The notes below the pieces were generated by a model that ran no database searches, had not been told where the DNA came from, and saw only the letters and a program-made list of their open reading frames with translations. A DNA stretch of 30,266 nucleotides, from NCBI GenBank assembly GCA_000388065.2, contig KB932201.1; one strand, 5' to 3'. The position numbers and the translations under genes are program-made. The stretch is from Fonticula alba ATCC 38817. Taxonomy: Eukaryota; Protista; Nucleariida. Position 1 is the stretch's first letter, and each line of letters begins with the position of its first letter. Shown in pieces: positions 10,098-20,780 of this stretch.

Positions 10098-10466
10098 AGA
10101 GCACATATTTACGAGGGTGCCAGATAGGGCAGAAAGGGAGAGAGGAGGAAAAATATAGGAACACAAGGGGGCTGCCACGGAGGCAGGACAAGGTCGCGCC
10201 GCGAAGGGAGGCCGAGAGGGAGCGCGCATAAAAAAAAAAGAGCATCCAACCTAGGGAGCCCCAAGTATGGGGGACGGAAAAATGGCCCGGCTCCCGTGCC
10301 AGAACTCGGCATGCCCGCCCGGGAGCGAGAGGACGTTTCAGCGGATGGGAGAAAATGCTGACCTCGCCAGAGTGCCATGTTCTGGACCGTTAGTTTTATT
10401 TAATTTTTTTACTTGTGCAGATAGCCGACCTTCTTGTCGGGCATCCGCACTCGCACCCCGCATCCG

Positions 10467-10522
<56 letters not shown>
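10467..10522. repeat. C56 homopolymer (G56 on minus; G-quadruplex potential)
   Basis: Read directly; the length may be inexact in the assembly. Confidence 0.9.
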
Positions 10523-11114
10523 AGTGAAAGTCTCGCAATTTGCGTCAGGTGGCATCTTCCGCCCCTCCCCGGCCCGCACACCTCTTCTGCTTGGCTGGCC
10601 TGAAGGGTCCTTCGGATACCGGAGCACGTCCCGACCCCACTTTGACGTACTGCCCCCCTTCTCCCTTGCCTCCTCCCCCCCCCCTCTCCCGTCGACCNNN
10701 NNNNNNNNNNNNNNNNNNNNNNNNNNNNNNNNNNNNNNNNNNNNNNNNNNNNNNNNNNNNNNNNNNNNNNNNNNNNNNNNNNNNNNNNNNNNNNNNNNNN
10801 NNNNNNNNNNNNNNNNNNNNNNNNNNNNNNNNNNNNNNNNNNCCCCCCCCCCCTCTCTCTGGGCCCTGTTCGTACCGCGCCTGCGTGCGGGTGTCTGCCT
10901 TGCTCTCGCCAGCTGCGCAATCTACTCTGAGTGCTACCTGACGACCTCGGTTGCTGGCAAGGTGCGTTCCATTTGCGACGCTGGTTCCCAATTGTGTCTT
11001 TGCTTCTGCCCCTCTGCCCGATCTGACACTTGGTACAGCTCCGGAAGCCGTGCCACTCCACTCGTCGCGAAGCTGCCTCCCTCTCGATTGCCGCCCCGGT
11101 CTCCGCGCCTCGCC

Positions 11115-14100
11115 ATGGCCCAGGAGCCGGCGGGTCCGCCGGCGAACGAATCGCTCGCCAGCGATGGTAACGACGCCCCGACGCCCAACGCGTCCGGCGC
11201 CTCGCCCCCCTCGCGTGGGAGTCCCCCGGAACTTGCCAAACTCTTCCTCGGTGGCAGCGGCAATGCGAGCCCCTCGCCGCAGCAGCCTCTCATGCTGAAG
11301 TTTTCCATTAGCCCGAGTTCCTCGGCTTCGGCTTCCCCGCACGTGCCCTCAAGTAGCGCACTTCCCTCCGGCCCGTCGCCCTCCTTGCCGGGTACATCCG
11401 CCACTTGCTGTGCTCTTCGTCGCGTCTCCTCCTCCCCATTAACTCGACGTCCTCTCTCTCTCTCTCTGGCCAAAGCCTCCGCAACCACCGCGCCCAGCTC
11501 GACGGAAACTTCGCCCGCCCTGGCCCCGACGCGGATTCTCTCCTCGCGTGCCGCCCGAGCGCAGGCTCGCGAGGCCATGCTCTTGGCTGCAGCCGGTCCG
11601 GCCCCTCGACAGGCCACTCCCATCCTTGCGGACAGCGGGGCCCCTTTGCCGGTGGTTGTCCCGGCAGAACGGGCCTCTTCCCCGGTGACCGCTCCGGACT
11701 CCGGGGCTGCCTCTGCCCCCGAGCCGGCACCCGGCCCGGCTTCCATGCCGGAGCACCCCACTCGAGCTACCCCGCCGGCCCAGACCCTTCCCGTGGCAGA
11801 AGCGGCCAATGCCCCCGCTGCGGTGGTCTCCGTGACGAATGTCGCCTCCCGGCCGGGAACTCCTCGTGCCACACGCCGGCGTATCATCCTGCCAGACCCC
11901 ACCTCGCCGCGGAATGCCTCTCCCACGCGTGCGTCCTTCCGGCTACGCCACCAGCGCCCGGGTAGCGATGCCGCCAATGGGGCCACTTCTGCCGACACCC
12001 CCGGGCCGGGCCCAGGTGGCATCTCCTCAATGGCTGGCGGGTCTGCCGGACCTGCTGCCCCGTCGGCAATGGCGGCCGGGGCGCCTGCCGCAACCACCGG
12101 CCCGGGTGCCGAGGTGGCCGCCCCTTTCTCCCCTCACATGTCCCTCTCATCTTCGGGCTTGAGTTTGCCCGTGGGGGGGGCCTCGGCCTCGGTGGCCTTT
12201 TCGGCGATCGCCCGGCTGGCTGGCCTGGACTCGGCCACCGGGCCGGCTGGCTCCATCGATCCCTCCACGCTTAATACCACTGAACAGCTGGCCACCGCAC
12301 TGAAGGCCATCTCCTCCGGGTCCTTTAGTACGGTGCCCGATCCGCATGTTGTAGCCACCACGGTGGCGGCGGCCATGGCATGCGCCGGGTCCGGGATTGG
12401 CGACTCGGCCGCCGCCGCCACCCCTGCCGGCGGGGTTGACCTCTTCCATCCGGCGCCGCTGAATTCCGTGGGTCGGAATGATCTTCGCCGGCTGCGCCAG
12501 CTGTGCGAGTCGCCGCAGTTGATTGGCTCCTTCTTGAGCACATTGTCCCTGGACCCGACTGTTGACCCGGCGCTTCGGATCTACCGTGACAGTGCCGAGG
12601 TCCGGCGAATCCTGGCGGAGAATGCCCCATCCGACACCTCGCGGGCGCTTGCGGCAGCGGACACCACTGCCGACGTGGCTGGTGCCCGGCGGCGCACCAG
12701 CAGCCGGGCCACCTCCGCTCTCATCCAGACACCGGCATCTTCCGACTCGGACTCCGACGATCACCATGTACATGCCTCGCGTCGTTCCTGCCTCTCCACC
12801 TGCCCCCACCCCACCCCACCCCACCCGAGCTTGTCCATTTGTTTGGCGCATGCCCGCTGCCTGCGCCGAACTTTTCTAACGCCACTCGGTCCATGTGGCC
12901 CTTTGCCGGTGGTAGTCCATGAATAATGAGTATTGTGACTGCTGCCGTGGTCCGGGGACATTCCTTTGTTGTGACCGCTGTCCCCGGTCTTTCCACTTTG
13001 TGTGTGCCAACCCGCCAGTCGAGCAAAGCGAAATCCCCGAGGGAAACTGGTATTGCAATGCCTGCCTCGCCGAAATGGTACACATGCCGGAGCCAAGGGC
13101 ACACCCATTCAGCATGACACCATGCTAATTTTCTCCTCCTCCCCCCCCCCCTCCTTCCCCCTCCTTCGTCGGTAGTTCCCTTTGCCAAAGCAACCACGCC
13201 CCGACCGCTTTGGCTTCATCAAGATGATCGAGCGAATTTACCCGCAAAACCCGACACCCTACTCGCTGCCAGACGGCATTAAGTTCTTCTACTGCGGTGG
13301 TTCGTCGCTCCATCAGGCCCATTTGTGTTTGCTCTTTTCTCTCTTTCTCTCTTCCTTTTTTGCTGGACGCCTCTTCGACGCACCCGTGCATTCGGCCTGA
13401 CCTTGGACCGCGCGCCCACCCGCCTCCCGTTGCCGAATCATCCCACAGTCAATGTGGACCCCTTGAGCGGGGCCTTCCGGGATGACTATGACCGGAAGGG
13501 GAATTTCCGGTGCGTGTCCTGCTCTTCCTCCCGGCTGCTGGCTCCTCCCCTCCTTGCAAATACCCTTTCGCGCGCAGATTTTCTCACTCTCTCTCACACA
13601 CACACACACACACGCGCGCGATTGCAAACGCGCACATACGCTCCTCCCGGCTGCCCATGCTCTCCCCCCCTTCCATTTCCGCCTCGTTCTTCCTTCTCTC
13701 CTTCTCTCGCCCCCTCGCCCCCTCGCTCTCTTTCTCGATCTTTGGCAGAAATGGCGAGTGGATTTCGCCAGATGCATCGTATAACAACACAATTGTCGTC
13801 GGGTCGGCGACACCTGCCGGGCAATCGGCTGCCCGCGGGTCCGGCTACCTGACCACCTACTCCAGCCGGTCCTACGATGCGGACCCCTCGTCCGGAGCGC
13901 CGTCATTGCTACATGTGGCGCATCCTTCGCCCGCGCTGCCATCTACTGGCGACCGGCACCCCGAGCAGCCGGATCCCAGCTCGCCGGAACTGGCCCCCGG
14001 GGCCGGGGACGGCTCTTCAGACTCGGGCCTGTCGTCCAGCGGTGGCCTCTCCTCCGCTGCCACCACCACCTACATCCAGAGCCTGACCGGGGCGGCGTCA

Positions 14101-15258
14101 CACAGTGGGAATGTCGGCCTGGCCTTTGGGCCCTCATATACCCGGTCGGCCGGGTATCCATGCTACGCATGTCGGGATTTCCGGCCGGACCGCTTGCATT
14201 TGGTTTGCGATGCCTGCGGTAGCCGCTGGCATGCCGAGTGTCTGCCCCCGTTGGCAACCCTGCCCTCTGACACGACGCGCTGGCGCTGTCCACTCCATGC
14301 AGCCACGGTGCTCTTGGCGTCGGAGGATTCCGGCGGCCACGCCGGCGGCGCCGGATCGTCCGTGGTCGTGCACAACACCAGCACCTATCGACCTCGCAAC
14401 CGCCTTTGTCCCCCGATCGAGGGGTTCATCGTGGTCCGGGGCGGCGGCAGTGGTGCCTCTGCCGCCGGGACGGGCGTCGGTCGAGCAGGCGCCGCACGCG
14501 AGCGTGCCATCTCTCGCTGGTCACTTCCCTCCGGGGGGCCGGTGGTGGCGGCTGGCTTGGCCGCACGGGCTGGTCTCGGCGGCGGGTGCACCATCGGCGA
14601 GCCGGCCTATGGACTGGAGATCATTCAAGATCTTCCGGCTGCCACGGCGGCCATGTTTGACGGCCTCGATCCTGGGCCCCTGGCCTTCTATAATCCCACT
14701 GGTGGGGGGAGCTCCGGGCGGCAACGGCGCCGTGGCTCCGGTCTGGCCACCCAGCACCTTACCTACTCGCAGGATCTGCGCGTGCACCGACTGGCCGAGA
14801 GTGACATCCGCATGGCCTTCTTGGAGACATTGCTGCGACGGTACGTGGCCATCCTTGTCGTCCTGGCCTTTCTCCCTCCTGGCTATTCCGCCAATCACCC
14901 CCGGCACGCGCTGACATCCTCCCCGCCCCTTTGTCGCTCTCCCTCTCGCATGCTTTTCAGTGAATCCGCGCGCCAGGAAATCCACTCGTCTCTGGGCCGG
15001 GCAAAGCGCCCGGCCACCCAGGACCTCGGGTGTTTGGTTGTGCCGAGGGCCGTTTTCCGGTTGTACGAGCAAGCCAGAAAACGCCAACGCACCAGAGCCG
15101 CCGATTTGGTTGCCGGAGAGGCGCCCGTCGCATCTCCACCCGGTTCAAATACCGACGGGGGGGAAGACATCCTAGAGTCCCTGCTGGAGCTTCACGCAAG
15201 CGGCAACCCGTCCCCTCCCTCACCAAACCAAGAACCAGCTGGCGCCCCGGACGCGTAG
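11115..15258 (+). CDS. RCO1: Two-PHD-finger Rco1/Cph1-Cph2/PHF12-like subunit of the Rpd3S/Sin3B HDAC complex, about 1129 aa
   Basis: Exons 11115-12767, 12916-13077, 13176-13299, 13449-13509, 13749-14840, 14961-15258; phases are consistent. PHD1 NNEYCDCCRGPGTFLCCDRCPRSFHFVCANPP...WYCNAC closely follows the recalled Rco1/Cph PHD1 pattern and is followed by NPTPYSLPDGIKFFYCGV (NPxxFxLP-type motif). PHD2 CYAC...CDACGSRWHAECL...WRCPLH has the family-typical CPLH end, and RLAESDIRMAFL matches the R.PE..I.LDF motif. A probable 5'UTR intron lies at 10962-11038. Confidence 0.85.
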
Positions 15259-15334
15259 TGGCACCTCCTTCCCCCCACGTGCGAGGTCCAGCTTCAACGC
15301 CAACTCCCCCGACTGTCGAACAATATACACAAAC

Positions 15335-15340
<6 letters not shown>

Positions 15341-15400
<60 letters not shown>
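15341..15400. repeat. (AC)30 microsatellite extending into an alternating purine-pyrimidine tract
   Basis: Read directly; lies between the Rco1-like stop and the VOC gene. Confidence 0.95.
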
Positions 15401-15403
<3 letters not shown>

Positions 15404-15737
15404 CACATGCACATGCGCGCATGCGCATACACAGGCTCTCGCCCTCTCAGAGCTCCGGGCATGATCCCTCGCGCAGGTCGTCCCCGCCCACAGCCCAAAG
15501 GACGGACGCCTGGCGGGGAACTGCGTTGGCATCTGGAGGGGTATTTTTCCACGCCCACAGCTGGTCCTGGTGTGGTGCTCCAGCCCACGAGAGATCATGG
15601 CCTGTAGATTTCCCTCGTTGCCACGCTAGCCCCTCCCTCCTCCCCCCCCCGAGCCCCCCCCGCCGCCCAGCCCCGCCGCCTCCCACTCCCTCGTCCCTTG
15701 CTCCCCTTCCCCCTCTGGACCCCTGTTTCTCTTGAAG

Positions 15738-16019
15738 ATGGCCTTCCAGGCGGCGCGCTCTACTCTTCGGCACGTTATGCTTCTCTCCCGCGACGTGCCG
15801 ACGTCTGTGCATTTCTACCAATCGGTTCTCGGGCTGCGGGTGGTTGCCGAGACCCGGGAAGCTGGCGGTTGGGCCGAACTCGACGCTGGCTCCTCAACCG
15901 GTGGGCCGGGCATCAGCATCGTCATCTCGGCAGCCGAAAAGTGCGTGGATGATCTCTATGCCTGAAGCTCTATGCCCGCCAAGCTGACAGTCCTGTGTGT
16001 CCGTGTGTGTGTGTGTGTG

Positions 16020-16058
<39 letters not shown>

Positions 16059-16423
16059 ATATTTACACTTGTCCATGTGCGTGTGTTGACGCATCTCCGC
16101 CCTCCAGCGAGGCTGCCGCTACTGCCGGGTATAGCACCTTTCTCAACTTCACCGTGCCAGACATGGACCATGCAGTTCAACAGGCTATGATGCTTGGCGG
16201 TCGGATGGATGGTCCCATCAAGTATCCAATCACCGGTCGAGTGCGTATTCCCCCTTTCCTCGGGCCCAGCACCTCACGCCTCTAATGTTGGCTTTGTGCT
16301 TCCCCCTTACCTCCCCCCTCGCCGAACCCCAAGGTGGCCGCGATTCGCTCGCCCGATGGACACATGATTGGCCTTTTTGAGCCAGCCTCGAGTGCCATCA
16401 CCCAACAACTTGACAGGCAGTAG
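15738..16423 (+). CDS. VOC (glyoxalase/bleomycin-resistance fold) family protein, 141 aa
   Basis: Exons 15738-15940, 16108-16240, 16334-16423. LRHVMLLSRDVPTSVHFYQSVLGLRV...WAELD...GYSTFLNFTVPDMDHAVQQAMMLGGRMDGPIKYPITGRVAAIRSPDGHMIGLFEP fits the paired beta-alpha-beta-beta-beta VOC pattern. Confidence 0.92.
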
Positions 16424-16719
16424 ATGCCGACCGGCTTGGCGTCAGCCTGGAATCCACCCGCTGCCCACCTTCCACACGAGTGCATCCTGCCTGTTGCTTG
16501 CGTAAACACGTGTCCCTGCTGAGGCGTGAAAGGAGGAGGGGAGTGTATTAATGTTGGAAGGGGAGAAAACAAGGGGAGGGCTGAAGAAGGGGGGGTGGGA
16601 GGTGCGCGCAAGCCGCCGGGGCAAGGACAAGAGGGGCGGAGCACAGACACCCAGAAAGCGAAGATGCGAGCAGGCGACAGCAGGGAAGGATGACCACCTG
16701 CGGCCTATGGGCCTCATGC

Positions 16720-19700
16720 TCAGTCCAGGATCTCCATCAGGCCGAGCGGGCGACCGGCCAGAGAAAATTGGCCAATGTGGCCGGACGAATGTTCCCGGAC
16801 CCAGAGGAGCCAAAGGACCAGGGTCTGGAAAATGTTGGCCGAGCCAATCGGCGTGGGCCACACCCGACCAGCCACCACCAGAACATAGTGCGGGGCCAGG
16901 ACACGCTGCTTGGTGGCCAGAGACCCGGCGGTGGTGGTGGAGGATTTGCCCGAGCGGCTGTACCGGGCAAAATGCTCGCCCCCGGCCGGGGCCGTGTGCT
17001 GCGACGACAGCTGCGAGGCCGAGACACCATGCTGGAAGGAGTGACCACCATTGGACAAGGTGGAATAGGCACCGAGACCCGGATAACCGGTCCCGTGGTT
17101 GAGAGACTGCCGGCCGGAAGTGCCATACATCTGGGACTGCTGCTGAGGGTGATGCTGCTGGTACAGGTCTTGCGGCTGGTAGGGGCTGCCGGAGCCGGCG
17201 GTGTAGCCAGCGGCCGCCGGCGTCGGGGCCGACTCGGTCGTGGCCTTCGATGACAGGGGGACCACAAAGCGACGGACCATGAAGATACGCGCCGGCGAGG
17301 GAAGGACCGAGGGGGTGCCGGCATCTGGCGTGTCAAGCCCGGCCGCACGAGCCGCCTGCTGCTGCTGCTGCCCGGCTTCCGGGAGCAAAGCCGACACCGA
17401 AGTGCTGCACAGCCCGGCCGGAGTGGCCGCGGCACTGAGAGTGTGCGCAACAATGTCATGCGGGGTCCAGCTGTCCGGAGTGACGAATCGCGCCGAGAAG
17501 CCGAGACGCTTCTCAACCACAGTGGGCAGTTGCGGCTGCGACTGTGTGCCCCCGAAGCCGACGCCACCAAAGGAGGAGCCCGAGCCGGCGACTGACGAAC
17601 CACCGAAGCTTGATCCGGCAGTGGAGGAACCGCCGCCGAAGGTCGATCCAGCGGTGGAACCACCGCCGAAGGTCGACCCGGCACCGGTGAAGCCGGAGGC
17701 ATTGACCGAATTGAAGCCGGAGCCGGTGGATGCGGTGGTGGCCATGGTCGGCGACCGACCGAGCAGACCGCCGCCGGCCACGCCGAGAAGCGGGGCCGGG
17801 GCGGTGGCCGAGCCAAGCGCCGGCACCGAGGCCGAGGCCGAGGCCGAGTAGCCGTGCACAGCCAGCGGCGGGAGCGTGTCGTCGATGAGCGTGGCGAAGA
17901 TGTGAAGGACAATCTGGGGAAAGGGACATGGATGGTGAGTGGGGGCGGGGGGGGGGGGGGAGGGGGGGCTGATCAGGAAGGCGCAAAGCAGGATGGGACT
18001 AATGGCAGGCAGCCAGGAAGCCGTGAGCACGCACTTCCGCATCGGAGGGGAACCACTCGGGCGGCGTCTCAATGCTGGTACCCTGGCGACCACGACCGGC
18101 CGAAGAGTCACCGGCATCGGATCCGGCAGACGAGCCAAACCAAGAGGCAATGCCACTGCCAAAGGAGGCGGACAAAAGCTGGCTGCGTTGGTTGGTGCCG
18201 CCGGACGTGCCGCCGGTAGCAGCGCTAGCGGTTGCAATTGACGAGTGGAAATTCCCGGCACCAGGCGCCAGGTCGGCCGCCTGGCCCGGACGCCGAGGCG
18301 AGTCATGGTGGATGAACTCCGACAAAACGCTGCCCTGAGCCATGCGAAGGATCCGATCGACCACATACTTGCGGTAGGCCGTGCGGGCGAGGGCCGCCGA
18401 CCGGGCCTTCGGGTTGCCACCGCCACCGCGAGAGCCGCCGCCGCTGCCGGGGAGTCGCGTCCCCTCGGCACCGAGCCCATCACCAATCCCGGCGTCCGAG
18501 CCAGCCGCATAGAGATCCATGAACTTGCTGAAGGCCGGGAGAGATGCATGGGCACCGAACCCCACGGCCAGGTAACGCTCGATGGTCAGGCGGTCCTGCA
18601 TCCAGGGCTGCGCATAGTAGGGAGCCAAATCGGCGAAACGGAGCTGGAGCAAATCCTCCGAGCGCTCGGGCAGGGGCGGAAGCAGAGCCGATCGGATGGC
18701 AGCCACGGCGGCCTGGTGGCCGGGGCTGGGCCGGGACCCGGGCGCAATGGCCAGGTGGCCGAGACCCAGGTGGAGGAAAATGGAATCAATCTCGGCAATA
18801 CGCTTTGCCAGTGGGATGAAGGCATATTCGGCCAGCCAGCGGCGCATGCGCTGTGTCCAAATGGGCAGCTGGGTATCGACTCCGGACAGGGAAAGCCATT
18901 CGGAGGAAAGCTGCGGGTCCAGGGCGGCGGTCGGAAGGCAGGAGGCCAGCGAACGGATGGCCTGCGACAGGCGCCGGGCGGCCACCTGCGGGTCGGTGTT
19001 GTCCTCCTGCAGAATGAGCGACAGGTAGTCCGTGGACTCGAGGCCATCGATGGCAGGGTCGCGCGCGGCGGCGGCGGCCTGCGCCGCGGCGGCGGCCTGC
19101 GCCGCATCACGCTCCCCGGTCGGCAGGCTATCCTCGCGTGTGGAGGTGCGATATTGCGACACCGGCTGGAAGAGGGGGAAGAAGCTGAGACGCCCGGCAG
19201 GGGTGGCCCCGGTGGGCGAGTCACCCGGGTGATGACCCTCCATGCCGCCCAGCGGGAGGGAACCGGCGTCCCCCGGGACCGGGCCACCGGAGAAGGTGTG
19301 CTCGGCTCCGGCGGCAAAGAGGGACGACTGCAAGGCCGAATGGCTGGGTGGCAGGAGACCCGGGCCGGAGCCGGCGACCGCCATCGACGGGCGGCGCTGG
19401 AAGGAGGCGCCCGGCGCCGGGGCGGCGGCCGCGGTCGACAGGACGCCCGCCCGGCTGAGTGCCGGCAGGAGCTGTGAACCCCCGAGAAGGGTGCCCTCAA
19501 GCAGGGAGTAGCCAGTGGGCGAATTGAGGTCCAGCAGGGCAGGAGCACCGGCGACGGCAGCACCGGCGACGGCAGCACCGGCACCGGCAGCACCGGCATC
19601 GGTGGCCGTCCGACCAGGAAGCAGGCCAGTGCTGAGCAGTCCGCGATGATCGAGCCCAGCAGCGGTGGAGGTGGCCGGCGTGGCCTGGTCAGTTGCGCGC

Positions 19701-20780
19701 ATGCGCAGCGGCGGGGCCACAGCCGACAGAGCAAAGTCATCCTCGCCCGAGGGATTCAGCAGGAAGAGAATGGCCGACAGGGAGGCATTCAAAGCGAAGT
19801 ACGCCATTGGCAGGTAAACTGGGGGGGGGGGNNNNNNNNNNNNNNNNNNNNNNNNNNNNNNNNNNNNGGCAGAGGAGGGAAGAGCAGCTTCGGGTGAGGA
19901 GGGGAAGATATCCGAGAAGGGGAGGGGGGGCAAAGGGGAGGCAGAGACAGGGCTATGGGATTCGGCACGCACCGACATAGTCGAAGGTGTCGGGCTGGAT
20001 GCCGGACCGGATGGCCAGACGTTCGCAGAAGTGCCGCCAGCCCAGAGACAGGTAGACTGCCAGCAGGGCCAGGGCCACAAGGGCATTGGAGAAGAAAACC
20101 CAAGGGGAGGGTCGGTGCGAGAGGTACTGCGACCGGAGGCGACGCAGGCGTTCAAGCAGAGCGGCCAGCCCGGTCGCCGGGGCCGAGCGCGTGCCCTTGG
20201 TCGCGAAGCCGGCACTACGGCCTGCGCCAGGGCGCGCAGGCCCGATGCCACTGTTCCCGAGGGAGGCCGCCGCCGCTGGGGGAAGATATGTGGTGTCTTG
20301 TGGGAGAGTGCGAGCAAGGGGCTGCAGGTGGGGTTGTGAGGGGGGCTGCAGCTGGGTCTGCTGGGTCCAGGCATGTGGGGCGGGTGCCGTGGAACGCCCC
20401 AAAGGGCCGAGGCTATCGCCGGCGAGGGCCGCGGCAGAGAGGCCGAACGACCCGGCGGCCTGGGCGCCGGGGATGGTGGAAGAGCCGGCTGCCGGCCCCG
20501 GGGCCGGTGCCGACGATCCTGTGGCCAGGGTCGCCGACGCGGAACCAGCACGCGCACCACGGAACAGGAGCCCGCCGGCCGCGGGAGCCGGGGTGCCAAA
20601 GAGGGCAGAAAAGCCCAGGTTGGCTGCCGGGCGCCGGGCTTCCCCGCCAGGAGTGGCCGGCAGGAGAGAGGCATACGGGTCGGCCGAATGAAGGAGACTG
20701 CTGGAGAGCGGAACCGGGCCGGTGGCGTCCGCGCCTGGCGGGGCCCCGCCGGGGCGGGTCGACAACGGCGCGAAGGACAT
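16720..20780 (-). CDS. TMEM209: TMEM209-like (Pom34/PNET1-related) nuclear-envelope transmembrane protein, about 1261 aa, with low-complexity and FG-repeat insertions
   Basis: Exons (minus) 20780-19973, 19818-18035, 17913-16720. Two N-terminal hydrophobic segments are followed by blocks colinear with recalled human TMEM209: WTQRMRRWLAEYAFIPLAKRI ([21 protein letters not shown]), KYVVDRILRMAQGSVLSEF (EYLFERIKELSQGGCMSSF), FPSDAEIVLHIFATLIDDTLPP ([22 protein letters not shown]) and PHYVLVVAGRVWPTPIGSANIFQTLVLWL ([29 protein letters not shown]). The start ATG is inferred, and intron 1 contains a small gap. Confidence 0.9.
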
